This document shows positions 42,966 through 55,700 of a stretch of 64,000 bases of DNA, piece by piece. Source of the DNA: Paraspadella gotoi (lineage: Eukaryota; Animalia; Chaetognatha); contig CM119269.1 of the NCBI GenBank assembly GCA_051294375.1, positions 23,392,554 through 23,456,553 on the forward strand, given 5' to 3'. Numbering within the stretch: the first letter of the stretch is position 1; each line of letters starts with the position of its first letter. The position numbers and the translations under genes are program-made. The notes beneath the pieces are model-generated. The model was not told where the DNA came from, ran no database searches, and saw only the letters and a list, made by a program, of their open reading frames with translations.

Positions 42966-43286
42966 TGTTATCGCAGGATAATAAACCTAACCCAAAACAT
43001 AAACGGATCGGAGGATCGGTCGAGACGGAATCGGCCTTGACCAATCAGCGTGCAGAACCAATGGAACTGTCAAAACAGCTCTTGCCTTCGATCCTCCTTT
43101 CTAGATATAAATAGACCTAACTTTCCTTAATTTCAGTAGAATTGATCTGGACTCCTGCGTGTGTCTCACCGACACCTTAATATACTCAGAATAAATCTCG
43201 TTTTGATTTCATCTAAGAAATCCCGGAGTTTTTCCTTCAATGTTGTGGCAGCGGTGAGATTTTAACCCACGCCTCCGAAGAGATTG
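42966..43286 (+). mobile_element. LTR-like remnant followed by a tRNA-Leu-complementary primer-binding-like sequence
   Basis: TG...CA segment 42966-43239 with two CCAAT boxes, TATAAATA and AATAAA in order. It is followed at 43243-43286 by ttgtggcagcggtgagattttaacccacgcctccgaagagattg, antisense to the 3' half of a eukaryotic tRNA-Leu. No TSD is seen. Confidence 0.5.
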
Positions 43287-43495
43287 CTATTTTATTTTGC
43301 ATAAAGTTTTTATCCGTAATATTACCACTATCTATCCATATGAAAATCAGATAAATATATTTTAGTTTAACTTTTACAAAGGTGATGAATAAACGAACTC
43401 AAACTTGTTGTTTGTATTTCACTTATAATAATTTATTAGTAAAAAATGATGAAAAAGACAAAATCTGATTCAACGATGTGAGATTTTAGAGATTT

Positions 43496-43534
<39 letters not shown>

Positions 43535-43540
43535 GTCACT

Positions 43541-45536
43541 TCAAGGTCTGACGATTCTCGGCCTCGGCAGTCGACCGGGATGGCTGTCCGGATGTAGGCC
43601 GAGATTTCTGTCAAAGTCCCGGATGTAATAACGATCTTGATGTCGGTCCAAGTCCCGGATGTAATAACGATCTTGTCGGCCTGCACCGCCCGACAGATGT
43701 CGGCCTTGACGCTGGAATCTGTCGTCTTCGTCGGCTTTGAACGCCCGACGTCTCTCTCTCCATTTGACGAACCAGTTTTTGGATGAGGAAGAGGAAGAGG
43801 AGAGGAATTGAGGTGCTCCACTTATTTCTCCCCGTCTTCTCTCTCTCTCACTTCTCTCTCCCTCTCTTCTCTCTCCCTCTCTTCTATCTCCCTCTCTTCT
43901 CTCTCTCTCTCTTCTCTCTCCCTCTCTCCTCCTCCTCCTCCTTTCTTCAATTCTTTCCTCTTCTCTTCTTCTTTCTTCTCTCTCTCCTTCTCTCCATCTT
44001 TCTCCTCCTCCTCTTCCTCCTCCTTCGCTCTGCATCATCATCGCCCAGGCGCCGGGGGCGGACCTCGGCGCCGCTGCAGCCGTCGACCTCGGCGCTGCAT
44101 CAGCAGCACCCCCAGCCGGCGCCGCGCCGCGATCTCCTTCGCCCCGCGGCGCCAAGATTCGACGAGTTCGTCCAGGAAGTTCGATTCTCTCCGTGTAGCG
44201 AGGCGGTGGATCGGAAAATGGAGGGCGGGGGGAGGATCTAAGGAGAAAAGGATTAATTAATTTAATTAGTTAATAAATTAAATTAATTATTTAATAACCT
44301 AAAAGGCCTCGTTTCGTTCCTAGGAAAGAAAGAACGAAATTCGTCCCTGACGTCTCTCCAATTTTGCAGAGCGGCGGAGACTCCCTGCTGTTGCTGATGC
44401 GGCAGCTGCTGTTGATTTTGTTGCTGCTGCTGCAGATTTTCTTGATACTGCTGCTGCCACTGAGTGTAGCTCACGCGCTGCAGGTCCTGCATCGATTCTC
44501 CCCTCCTTCTGTCGTCGTCGTCGTCATCGTCGTCGTCGTCGTCGTTGAAGACAGGGTTGAGCGCATCCGTCCGCAGCATCGCTGAGATCGTCCTCACTTC
44601 CTCTCTCTCTCTTTCGAGGGTCGAGGGCCTCGTCCGCGGTGTAGCCGGTGTCGCTGGAGACTATGGGAGGTGAGAGAAGATTATTATCATTTCAATAATT
44701 AATTTAACTAATTAAATTTAACTAATTACTATTGTAAAGATAATTTTCTTTTTTAATTGTTATTGTTGATAATTGTAAATTGTTTATTATTATTATAATT
44801 CATTTATTTTGAAATGTTGTTAATTGTTTAATTGTTACTAAAACAAATTACAATAATAATATAACTTTATTAATACCGAAGATTCGTTCGAGTTCAGAGT
44901 GACCAGAGTGTTGTTGTTGTTGTTGTTGTTATTCCATCTCCGACCTTCGCTCTCGTATCCGCTCGAAGGCGTCGTTCCTGCTATCAAAGTCCGGGGCGGC
45001 GCTGCAGTTCCCTGCGGCGATGCTGTTCCCTGCGGCGCCGCTGCTCGAAGTTCGTCGCTCGAAACGGAGGCGGCGTCGCGATGACGCCGGGACGATGGAT
45101 GGCGCCGGGATTGGTGGCGCCGCGGAGACGAACAATGGCGTCGATGACTTTCGATGTCGTCGAAGAACGAAAATTGTGGAGATGATCTGAAGGGGATTGG
45201 ATATTTAATGTTTAATATTTAAAAATCTCTTTCACTTGATTGGTAAAAAATATATTTCACTCACGAATAGTCATTTGGTTGTCCCATTTCCTTATCCTTT
45301 AAACATTTAACTGCCTCCCTCCCTCTACCGGTTAAACCCTCGTTTTTTACCTCCTCTTCTTCGCGAAGGCGCCTTCGCCCTTTACGATCCCTTCGATGAC
45401 GACGACGGCGAAGACGACGACGATGACGACGACGACGCCGCAACAGACCGCCACGACTATCGCCCATGGGTCCTTGAGTTGGGACGAGTCGAAATCGAGA
45501 CAAGATGACCCTTTCTCTCTCGGAGCTAATGAACTG

Positions 45537-45605
<69 letters not shown>

Positions 45606-47269
45606 TTTTAGTATCGGATGGTATTTTATACATATTTTACCTTGGATGAGTTGGTTGCTTACCTATCTAGTTTAAGTTGAGGCACTTGCAATCAGGACCT
45701 TTGCTTGGTCTTTGATTGCTTACCCATCTCGTTTAAGACACTTGCTTAGAAGACCTTTGCTTGATCTTCGATTGCTTACCCATCTGGCTTGAGGCACTTG
45801 CAATCAGGACCTTTGCTTGGTCTTCGATTGCTTACCCATCTAGTTTAAGACACTTGCTTAGAGGACCTTTGCTTGGTCTTTGATTGCCTACCCATCTAGT
45901 TTAAGACACTTACATCGAGGACCTTTGCTTGGTCTTCGATTGCTTACCCATCTGGCTTGAGGCACTTGCATAGAGGACCTGTGATTGGTTTATGCACGCA
46001 TCTCGTCAGTTTCCCGAAGCAAAAGTCAGTTTTACATTTTGAAATACATTTTTCGCTGAGTTTGTCGCAAATGTATCCTTCCTGTTAATAAGGATTATAA
46101 ACTGATGAGGCTAAAGTTATAGATAACTAAGAAGGTTAAAAATAATAAACATACGAACCTGACAAGGTTGATATAAACCGCAGATATTAATTTCATCAAT
46201 AAAAACTTGAGTTTTCATCGTTTCGTTCAAAATCTTCATCGACTTAATTTTTGATAAAAGTGGAAGAAGAGAATCACTCACGAAATATTTTAACCTAAAA
46301 ATAAGTTATGACAATAGTTAATGAAGTGAAAACTAATAGCGATAGTAATTAAAATGATAATGTAATTACCTTTTGTGATTTTCTAGAATTTTGCTGAGAT
46401 TAAATTCCATCCTGAAATTGATGATCAAAGATCCGCAGTTGAACGAATTTATTTTCGGTCTCGTTTCAGACTGAATAAATGTGCTAAATTAATTATAAAC
46501 CGATTATTAATAAATTTAATTCATTTTAAAATCAAAAAATGTGATAATTTAATTATAAACAGATTATTAATATATTTAATTTATTTAAAAATCAGTCACA
46601 GCCGAGCCTGATTTTAAACGGCCCGATATTGTCCCATCGACTTACGTTTTAAATCTAAAAAATACTTAAACTTAAACTGTTTGTTTAATTAAATATTAAA
46701 TATTTACCCGAAACTCTTCGAGTTCGTTTAAAGCGTCGGTCATTTGCCCGACAAAGTCTCGCCCGACGCCCGCCACGGTCGGTCTGTCTTCCGAGTCCAC
46801 GAATTCAAAGACTCTCACACAATCAGTGAATTCATGGCGAATCGTCGCTCGTCCAGTGAGGGCGACCCACGGCGAACGAGGAATTAAAGGCGAATCTAAG
46901 GGTTCTTCGTTGATCTGCGGCGAATTCGTCGTAGATTCGTCGCTGAAAAACGAGGAAAAATTAAATTAAGATGTTATCAATTATTAACTTATTTATTATG
47001 TGCTACGATACTAAGTATAAATTTGGTACAACCAATATAAAAATTATAAATTCAATATACAATAGACCTTTCCATATATGAAAATATTTGAAATAAAAAA
47101 AAACGAGTATTGTGTAAAAGATGCCCATACATCATATGAATTTTTTGAACATTATACAAGCTATCTTGACCCTGACTTTGGACATGTTTATAAAAGACAT
47201 ATATATTATAACTATACAAGATAATAACATATAAAACATAGCTGAGTCACTCACATTAAAAGAGGAGGG

Positions 47270-47316
<47 letters not shown>

Positions 47317-47712
47317 TGTGGGGACGAGGGAGGGAAATGTGGACCTCGTGAGTGTGGAGACTGTGAGAATCGTGTGGTCAGTGGGCAGCGACGATGTGGT
47401 CGAGACAAAAAGAGCGAAACTTGGATCGAAAACAAAAGACGCGGGGGAGGAGGAGGAGGAGGAGGAGGAGGAGAATAAGCGTGGAGAGAGATCAGGGGAT
47501 ATGATCGTAGTGGCAGCGGAAGAAGCGGAAAAATAAGCGGAAAATATAGAGGAAGAAGTGGAAAATATGGAGGAAGAAGCGAAAAGATGGACCAAAAAAG
47601 CGGAATTTAGAAGAGAAATCTTTTGATCTTTTGTTGTTGTGGTTGTTGTTGTTGTTATTTCGATTAAAGACGTCGACGCTAAATCTTCAGATTCGACGAA
47701 ATAAGACGATAA

Positions 47713-47765
<53 letters not shown>

Positions 47766-50700
47766 GCGTCGTGGATTTCTTCCCCGACCGACGACGCGAT
47801 GTTGTATCAACGCACTCCGCCTTCTCGATAGGTTCGCACCTAAGTTTAATTAATCAATTATACGTTGTTAGAGATAAATTAATTAATCTATCTTTAAATG
47901 GGTAAAAAATGTTGTGACTTTTAGCTCAAAATTAGCTTCTCACGTTTAATTTGATTCGATTATAACTTTGCTTGTTGATGGTAAGGAATCGCTTAAACTA
48001 AAGAGTGAGTCTCTGGTTGATTTCCATCAAACTTACCTTTTCTTTCTGACGTCAAAGATAAACCCTTGTCCACTATTGTCGCTTTGACTTACCTTTTCTT
48101 TTTGACGTCAAAGATAAACCCTTGTCCACTATTGTCCCTTTGACTTACCTTTTCTTTCTGACGTCAAAGATGAACCCTTGTTCACTATTGTCCCTTTGAC
48201 TTACCATTTTCTTTCTGACGTCAAATATAAACCCTTGTCCACTATTGTCCCTTTGACTTACCTTTTCTTTTTGACGTCAAAGATAAACCCTTGTCCACTA
48301 TTGTCCCTTTGACTTACTTTTTCTTTCTGACGTCAAAGATAAACCCTTGTCCACTATTGTCCCTTTGACTTACCATTTCTTTCTGACGTCAAAGATAAAC
48401 CCTTGTCCACTATTGTCGCTTTGACTTACCTTTTCTTTTTGACGTCAAAGATAAACCCTTGTCCACTATTGTCCCTTTGACTTACCTTTTCTTTCTGACA
48501 TCAAAGATAAACCCTTGTCCACTATTGTCCCTTTGACTTACCTTTTCTTTCTGACATCAAAGATAAACCCTTGTCCACTATTGTCCCTTTGACTTACAGT
48601 ATCGGTTTTGAAGAACCTGGAAAAGTCCAGGGAGGCTGTAACTTTTTTGTAAATGCTGGAAATCAGCTGATAATCGAATACGGGTTAGACCTGAGGGTGG
48701 TTTATTCCCCATAAGAGTTTGAGCCACTTTAAAAAAAAAATAGTGAATGGGCATTTTTTTGGACAAAAAATTAATTTGCATACTGTAAAAAAAATATGGT
48801 AGTAAATACTCTTATATTATGGTGATATACACGGGAGGGGTTGCCTAAACCAGTGGTAAAACAAAATGATCAAATACAGCTTTGTTAAAACTCATTTGCA
48901 TACAGTAGCAATATATTTTTTTTATATATTGTATTTCAGTCTTATGATAATTTAAAAAAATTTTATTCAAATAATAGCTAACTGATACACCAATAACATA
49001 CAATTAATAAAATAGAATATTTGTTATTCTTTAATCCAAAATTAATTTTCAACAAAATATCAAAATATGCATTGTTTTGAACAAATGTTTTTTTAAAAAT
49101 AGTAATTATGCCAACGACTGTCCTCGGTGCACTGATTACAAATATATAATTTTTTTTAAATACGACTACTATATTATGAAATATAACCCTTCAAAACCTT
49201 AAAAAAATACAGAAAAACACCCTTAATTCAAACTTTAATAAAAACCGTTCCATTGATATTACATCTCTCATACTTTAATACATATCAAGGAGAACCATCA
49301 GGTTTATTGTGTGAAAGTTATAGATAACTTCGATAAGGAATGACTGCCACTGCACAGGAAGGCGAAAAATAGATAAACTATATCAGCTTGATATTGAATA
49401 ATGTACTCTTGCTTAATAAGGCGGAACAAAGTAAAATTTTTATTTTTTAAGAACCGATTCAGATAGCCCATAAAAAGTTTTCTACACAAAGTATAATGCG
49501 TTTTCAATATTTTGATGATAAGTGGGTCAAATAATGGAAAAACTCTTTAAAATTATCATCATCATCGTCATACCACAATTTTTATAGTTTTGGTTAAAAT
49601 TAAGCACATAAAACAATAAAATTTGAAAATCTTAGTAATATTTTTTATTTATTTTTTCAATCTCTACCCGAATCCGCTTTTAAAAATTCTGATTTGAAAA
49701 AAAAAAATTTCATGATTTATAGTAATACGATAAACTTTAAATGCTTCTATATTATATTATATATAAAATTTTAATTTTTTTTTTTAATTCGTCATCCCAC
49801 AGGGATGCTCTAACGTTATTTATATTACAGAACTCTTAGTTTTTACTTTGTTCCGCCTTATTAAGCAAGAGTATATTATTCAATTACAAGCTGATATAGT
49901 TCATCCATTATTTTTCGCCTTCCTGTGCAGTCATTCCATTATCAAACCACAATAAACCTGATGTAATATCATTGGAGCGGTTTTTATTAAAGTTTGAATT
50001 AAGGGTGTTTCTGTATTTTTTAAGGTTTTGAGGGTTATATTTCATAATATAGTAGTCGTTTTAAAAAAAAATTATATATTTGTAATCAGTGCACCAAGGA
50101 CAGTTGGTTGGCATAATTACTATTTTTAAAAAAACATTTGTTCAAAACAATGCATATTTTTGATATTTTTTGAAAATTAATTTTTGATTAAAGAATAACA
50201 AATATTCTATTTTATTCATTGTATGTTATTGGTGTATCAGTTAGCTATTATTCGAAATAAATTTTTTTAAAATTATCATAAGACTGAAAATACAATATTT
50301 ATAAAAAAATATATTGCTACTGTATGCAAATGAGTTTTAACAAAGCTGTATTTGATCATTTTGTTTTACCACTGGTTTAGGCAACCCTCCCCGGTTATAT
50401 CACCATAATATAAGAGTATTTACTACCATATTTTTTTACAGTATGCAAATTAATTTTTTGTCCAAAAAAATGCCCATTCACTATTTTTTTTTTAAAGTGG
50501 CTCAAACTCTTATGGGGAATAAACCACCCTCAGGTCTAACCCGTATTCGATTTTCAGCTGATTTCCAGCATTTACAAAAAAGGTTAACAGCCTCCCTGGA
50601 CTTTTCCAGGTTCTTCAAAACCGATACTGTACCTTTTCTTTCTGACGTCAAGATAAACCTTTGTCCACTATTGTCCCTTTGACTTACCTTTTCTTTTTGA

Positions 50701-52222
50701 CGTCAAAGTTAAACCCTTGCCCACTATTTTCCCTTTGACTTACCTTTTCTTTCTGACGTCAATGTTAAACCTTTGTCCACCCTTGTCCCTTTGACTTACC
50801 TTTTCTTTCTGATGTCAAAGATAAACCCTTGTCCACTCTAGTCCCATTGACTTACCTTTTCTTTCTGACATCAAAGTTAAACCTTTGACAACTATTGTCC
50901 CTTTGACTTACCTTTTCTTTCTGATGTCAAAGATAAACCCCTGTCCACTATTGTCCCTTTGACTTACCTTTTCTTTCTGACGTCAAAGATAAACCCTTGT
51001 CCACTATTGTACCTTTGACTTACCTTTTCTTTCTGACATCAAGGTTAAACCTTTGTCCACCCCTGTCCGTGTAACTTACCTTTTCTTTCTGATGTCGAAG
51101 TTAAACCTTTGTCCACCCATGTCCCTTTGACTTACCTTTTTTTTCTGACGTCAACGTTAAACCCTTGACAACTATTGTCCCTTTGACGTACCTTTTCTTT
51201 CTGACGTCAAAGATTAACCCTTGTCTACTATTGTCCCTTTGACTTATTTTTTCTTTCTTTCTGACTATCAATGTTAAAACCCCTTTTATCCACCCTTGTT
51301 CCTGTAACTCTACCTTTTCTTTCTGATGTCGTAAGTTAAACCTTTGTCCACCCTTGTCCTTTGTGACCCTTGTACTTTCTTTTTCGTTTGACGTCAACGT
51401 GTAAACCCTTGACAACTATTGTCCCTTTGACTTACCTTTTCTTTCTTGACGTCAAAGATAAAACCCTTGTTCTACTATTATTCGCTCTTGACTTACCTTT
51501 GTCTTTTCTGACATCGAAGTTAAACCTTTGTCCACACCAGATTCGATCTTTGGAACAAGAAAAATAAAACGCTGCAATCAGTCACGTCCGGGGAGAGATG
51601 AATCTGGAAAAAAGTTCTCTTTTGTTAAATGTTGTTAATTTAATATTGATTATTGTTAAAAAAAATTAAATTATTACTGCAGTTTGTGAGGAAGAGAGGG
51701 GACTGGTGTGGTATGCCTCTTCGGGGCATCGATTGCTGGCGATTTGATTGCTGCCATTGACTGCAGGCATCGGTGTCATGCTTATGAGTTGAGAAAAGAT
51801 TTTCCGTTCGTTCGTCTAAAAAGACAAAATAGTAAAAATAGTAAAAAAAAACATATGATTAAAATTTAATTTTTAGTACCGGAAATTAAGTAATTAATTA
51901 ATTAAATTAACTCCAACCTTTCGTTTTTGTTGATTCATGATTTTTCCTTCAAAATTCAGATTCTGATTTTTGAGTCAAAAACCGCGATTTTTTTTGGCGC
52001 CCAAATTTGAATCCGAGAAAATGTGGCGGTGGTGAGGCAGTTCTTGACGGCGGCGGTGGAGGAGACGGCGGCGGATGCGGCGAAGGAGGCGGCGGTGTGG
52101 CTGCCCCCTTTGCTCGACGTCGTGGGCGTTCACGTGAGAAAGAAAGAGAAAAAAGACGCCGAAGATTTTAAGACAGGACTGAGATTGAGTAGATTGAGAT
52201 TGAGATTGAGATCGCCCATCAT
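43541..52222 (-). CDS. Type I membrane mucin-like protein: CBM14 (peritrophin-A) chitin-binding domain, S/T-rich stalk, SEA domain, EGF-like repeats, TM helix, long cytoplasmic tail (about 1090 aa)
   Basis: GT-AG exons: about 52220-51918, 51815-51678, 51603-51497, 47839-47255, 46942-46708, 46470-46370, 46294-46159, 46081-45948, 45533-45351, 45186-44877, 44660-44299, 44237-43541. Exons 4-12 splice in frame without correction. The six-Cys CBM14 pattern is CPEE...PDVTDCSV(Y)FSC...WCGQRFNFD...RCEPIEKAEC; exon 3 needs about 3 single-base insertion corrections in a noisy stretch. Other motifs: SEA SFNCGSLIINFRMEF; Cys-rich CGLYQPCQEGYICDKLSEKCISKCKTDFC...C...CKC...C; TM WAIVVAVCCGVVVVIVVVFAVVVI; tail NPVF and PPPRY. 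The exon 1 start is unresolved. Confidence 0.8.
45655..45980 (-). repeat. ~56-bp minisatellite (about 6 copies) made of the EGF exon 3' end plus donor
   Basis: Minus-strand unit ggtcctctatgcaagtgcctcaagccagatgG|GTAAGCaatcgaagaccaagcaaa. Confidence 0.9.
48030..51535 (-). repeat. 56-bp minisatellite (about 25 copies) made of the CBM14 exon 3' end plus AAG|GTAAGT donor, split by a transposon
   Basis: Plus-strand unit gacttaccttttctttctgacgtcaaagataaacccttgtccactattgtcccttt at 48030-48596 and 50630-51535. Confidence 0.92.
48597..50629. mobile_element. Tc1/mariner-type non-autonomous foldback element, about 2.03 kb, TIRs about 840 bp, TA TSD
   Basis: TA|CAGTATCGGTTTTGAAGAACC...GGTTCTTCAAAACCGATACTG|TA. 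Arms run about 48597-49437 and 49840-50629, and the mirrored ORFs 48578-48781(-) and 50443-50682(+) reflect them. No transposase is seen. Confidence 0.92.
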
Positions 52223-53269
52223 CTCTCTCTCTCTTTTTTAAGTTTTGACTCTTGTACTTAACTTTAAATATATATTATTTCTTAAATCAATACATAATAT
52301 TTTCTTTGGGATTTTTTAGAAGATAAAACAATTGTTTTTTGACGTTTTTTGAAGGAATTAAGAGGAGGAGGAAGAGGAGGAGGAAGAGGAGGAGGAGTAA
52401 GATTTTTTTCTTCGGTTGGACACAAAAAACGAAAATCTTAATTCGATGCATCGAATCAATTTTAAATCATATATAAATTAATATAAAATTAATAATATTA
52501 TAATTAATATATAATTAATATTATAAATGAAAATAAAATAAAATTTATAATTTATAAATTTATTTAATTTAAATACTCATTAGCAATATTTTGATACAAT
52601 TTTATTCAAAAACGCTTTTTAATAAAAGTGTTTTAGTTGAGATGCAGCGTAAGAAAAGACGCCATCGGTNNNNNNNNNNNNNNNNNNNNNNNNNNNNNNN
52701 NNNNNNNNNNNNNNNNNNNNNNNNNNNNNNNNNNNNNNNNNNNNNNNNNNNNNNNNNNNNNNNNNNNNNNNNNNNNNNNNNNNNNNNNNNNNNNNNNNNN
52801 NNNNNNNNNNNNNNNNNNNNNNNNNNNNNNNNNNNNNNNNNNNNNNNNNNNNNNNNNNNNNNNNNNNNNNNNNNNNNNNNNNNNNNNNNNNNNNNNNNNN
52901 NNNNNNNNNNNNNNNNNNNNNNNNNNNNNNNNNNNNNNNNNNNNNNNNNNNNNNNNNNNNNNNNNNNNNNNNNNNNNNNNNNNNNNNNNNNNNNNNNNNN
53001 NNNNNNNNNNNNNNNNNNNNNNNNNNNNNNNNNNNNNNNNNNNNNNNNNNNNNNNNNNNNNNNNNNNNNNNNNNNNNNNNNNNNNNNNNNNNNNNNNNNN
53101 NNNNNNNNNNNNNNNNNNNNNNNNNNNNNNNNNNNNNNNNNNNNNNNNNNNNNNNNNNNNNNNNNNNNNNNNNNNNNNNNNNNNNNNNNNNNNNNACGCA
53201 TCGGTTTAGCGATCGACGCATCTGATATTTTTTTTTGAGGGTCACGCGATGACGATGAGACACGCAAGA

Positions 53270-53735
53270 AATAGGAAAGACATGGAAAGAAATTGGAAAG
53301 ACTTGGAAAGCAATGGAAAGACATGGAAAGCAATGGAAAGACATGGAAAGGAAAGGAAAGACATGAAAAGGAATGGAAAGACATGGAAAGGAAAGGAAAG
53401 ACATGGAAAGGAATGGAAAGACATGGAAAGGAAAGGAAAGACATGGAAAGAAATTGGAAAGACTTGGAAAGGAATGGAAAGACATGGAAAGCAATGGAAA
53501 GACATGGAAAGGAAAGACATGAAAATGAATGGAAAGACATGGAAAGGAATGGAAAGACATGAAAAGAAATGGAAAGAAATTTGAAAGAAATAAAAAGAAA
53601 TAGAAAGGAATAGAAAGACATGAAATAAAAATAAAAAGACATGGAAAGAAATAAAAAGAAATGGAAAGGAATAGAAAGACATGGAAAGAAATAAAAAGAC
53701 ATGGAAAGAAATAAAAAGAAATAGAAAGACATGAA
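53270..53735. repeat. 10/20-bp purine-rich satellite (gacatggaaa ggaatggaaa)
   Basis: Directly visible; source of the repetitive ORFs here. Confidence 0.9.
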
Positions 53736-54599
53736 AATATCAATATAGAATTGATACATATAAATGACTTGGGTATTTTCTACCAACTAACTTTTAAAAT
53801 CAATGAAATAACTACTGGTTTGCAAATGGCAGCGCTTTTTTAGCGGCGGGTTTAATATTGTCACCAGGTAGGTACTATTTTTAGAGCTTTCTTTACGCCG
53901 ATATTACAAATTCGTTCGTATTTAAATGACTCATTGACAGATTGACGGGATCCTTATTATTAATAATTAATGGATGCATTGNNNNNNNNNNNNNNNNNNN
54001 NNNNNNAAGAGAGAGATTCTCTCTCCTCAACTCTCTCTCTCTCTCTCTGCTCATCTCTGATCCTCTATCTCGTCATCTCATCTCTCTCCTGCTCATATTT
54101 CTGTCCTATAGCCAAACTAATAGTTTCGGGCCTTGGAACCGGGTAAAAGTCACTCATGCAAAGCGAATGAGGAGTGGAGAAAGAGGAGCAAAGTCAGAGT
54201 TAAGCTTTAGTTAAAGCGGCGGGAGTCGATCTTGAAAGAGGAAACTTCAGTTAAGTTGTAATAATAATGAATAAAATGAATAAAAGCTATGTAGCAGGAA
54301 GCTTGTAATTAAGACTTGTTCCTCTTATTTTCTACTTTCGTTTTTTTTTTCTTTTGACACAAAATCGATTCGATAAATCAAACTGAATTCAGGGATTTTT
54401 AGTCAGATCTGCATGTAATAGCAGAATTACGGCCTTTTAAACGAATTCAGCATCTGTCGGATACCGTCGGTCCCACCCCAAAATCTTGTTCGGAAAGTTA
54501 GTACGTTAAAAACATGTCAGAACATAATTAGGATAAATTATGTAAAAGATTGATGTCGAGTGCCGTCCCATCCGTCCGTAGGTCTGTCTGGATGATTAC

Positions 54600-54930
54600 T
54601 TGGCAGGATGGGGCCCACCACTACCGGGCAGAACTATATTCTCTCACCCCGGCCTTCTCTTCCCGCCTACATCAACGCCTCCTTCCCATCGTCGTCCCCT
54701 CCTCTTCATCCCGGAGTCAACGATAGAGTCCTTGGAGATCGGACATCAACTTCTCTCAACTTTCTCCTCTCGTCTACGGGATCGGCAAACCTTCCCACTC
54801 CCTTCTCTCCCTTTTATGTTAACGGCCTTGGCTCCCTTGTTATAACCTGTTTCCCTATCACCATTATATATTCTTACCCTAACTTACTCTCTTTTACCTG
54901 ATGAGAGGCCTAGTCAGAACGCACTACTTT
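54600..54930 (+). mobile_element. Decayed Penelope-like element 3' end
   Basis: IESLEI...(frameshift)TSLN resembles the GIY-YIG C-terminal motif of PLEs. It is followed by a pyrimidine-rich UTR and a CTGATGA hammerhead-like remnant at about 54898. Confidence 0.4.
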
Positions 54931-55667
54931 AGCTAGATACCCCATCTCCCAGTGCGCCCAATCAAGAGTGAGAGAACTTATTTGTAGCGGCGATCTGGTT
55001 TCTGTTAATAAAAAAAAAAATCTATATCAATATTATTCTGAAAAAGTTATAAAAGGCACTAAGCGTTAAAACAAAATGAAATTCCTATACCACAACTGAA
55101 GAGCAGGCAAAATGCTAACATTTTGCATACTATACCCATTAAATTTAACCAAGTTTTAAAAATTAAAGAGAATATCAAAAGTGATCGAAAAAATATGAGA
55201 GTTCTATTGGGAACAAAGAAGCTTAATACTAAAGACTTTATTAGATTATCGTGAAATTGATCGATCTAAAAAATTCCAGACGGCGGGCTACTAAAATGAG
55301 CCATAATTTTAGTATCTAGGGTGAAGGGACTCTGAGATATTTGCACAGGGAAATTTACAATTGAGAAAATAAATTTTTATTAAAAATTAAAAAATTTCAA
55401 AATCTAAAAATTATTATTGTTTGAGTCCCCAAGTTTTAAAAAAGGATGAAAAAATATTAACTTGAAAACAATGAAAGCGGAACAAACGTGTTTTCTTTTT
55501 TGCTCAGTTTGGTATTGTATGTTTTCATTATCGTTTTTGAAATTACGATCGAGAGAAAGAAGGATTGTTATAAAGATTTAAATAATGACAACAATGTTTT
55601 TACTAATTTGAGCTTGAGAGAAGAAGCAGAGAAAGGGATAAAGAAACGAGAGCAACGAAACGAAAGG

Positions 55668-55700
<33 letters not shown>

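Noticed and set aside
46595-46656. Extra mucin exon between the two SEA exons
   Set aside because: It introduces a stop in the required phase; 46708 splices directly to 46470 in frame.
48578-48781. Duplicated small protein MQINFLSKK... (also 50443-50682)
   Set aside because: Mirror-image ORFs in the two TIRs of a non-coding foldback element.
52591-53786. ORFs of 190-394 aa
   Set aside because: They run through an N gap and a GGAAA-rich satellite.
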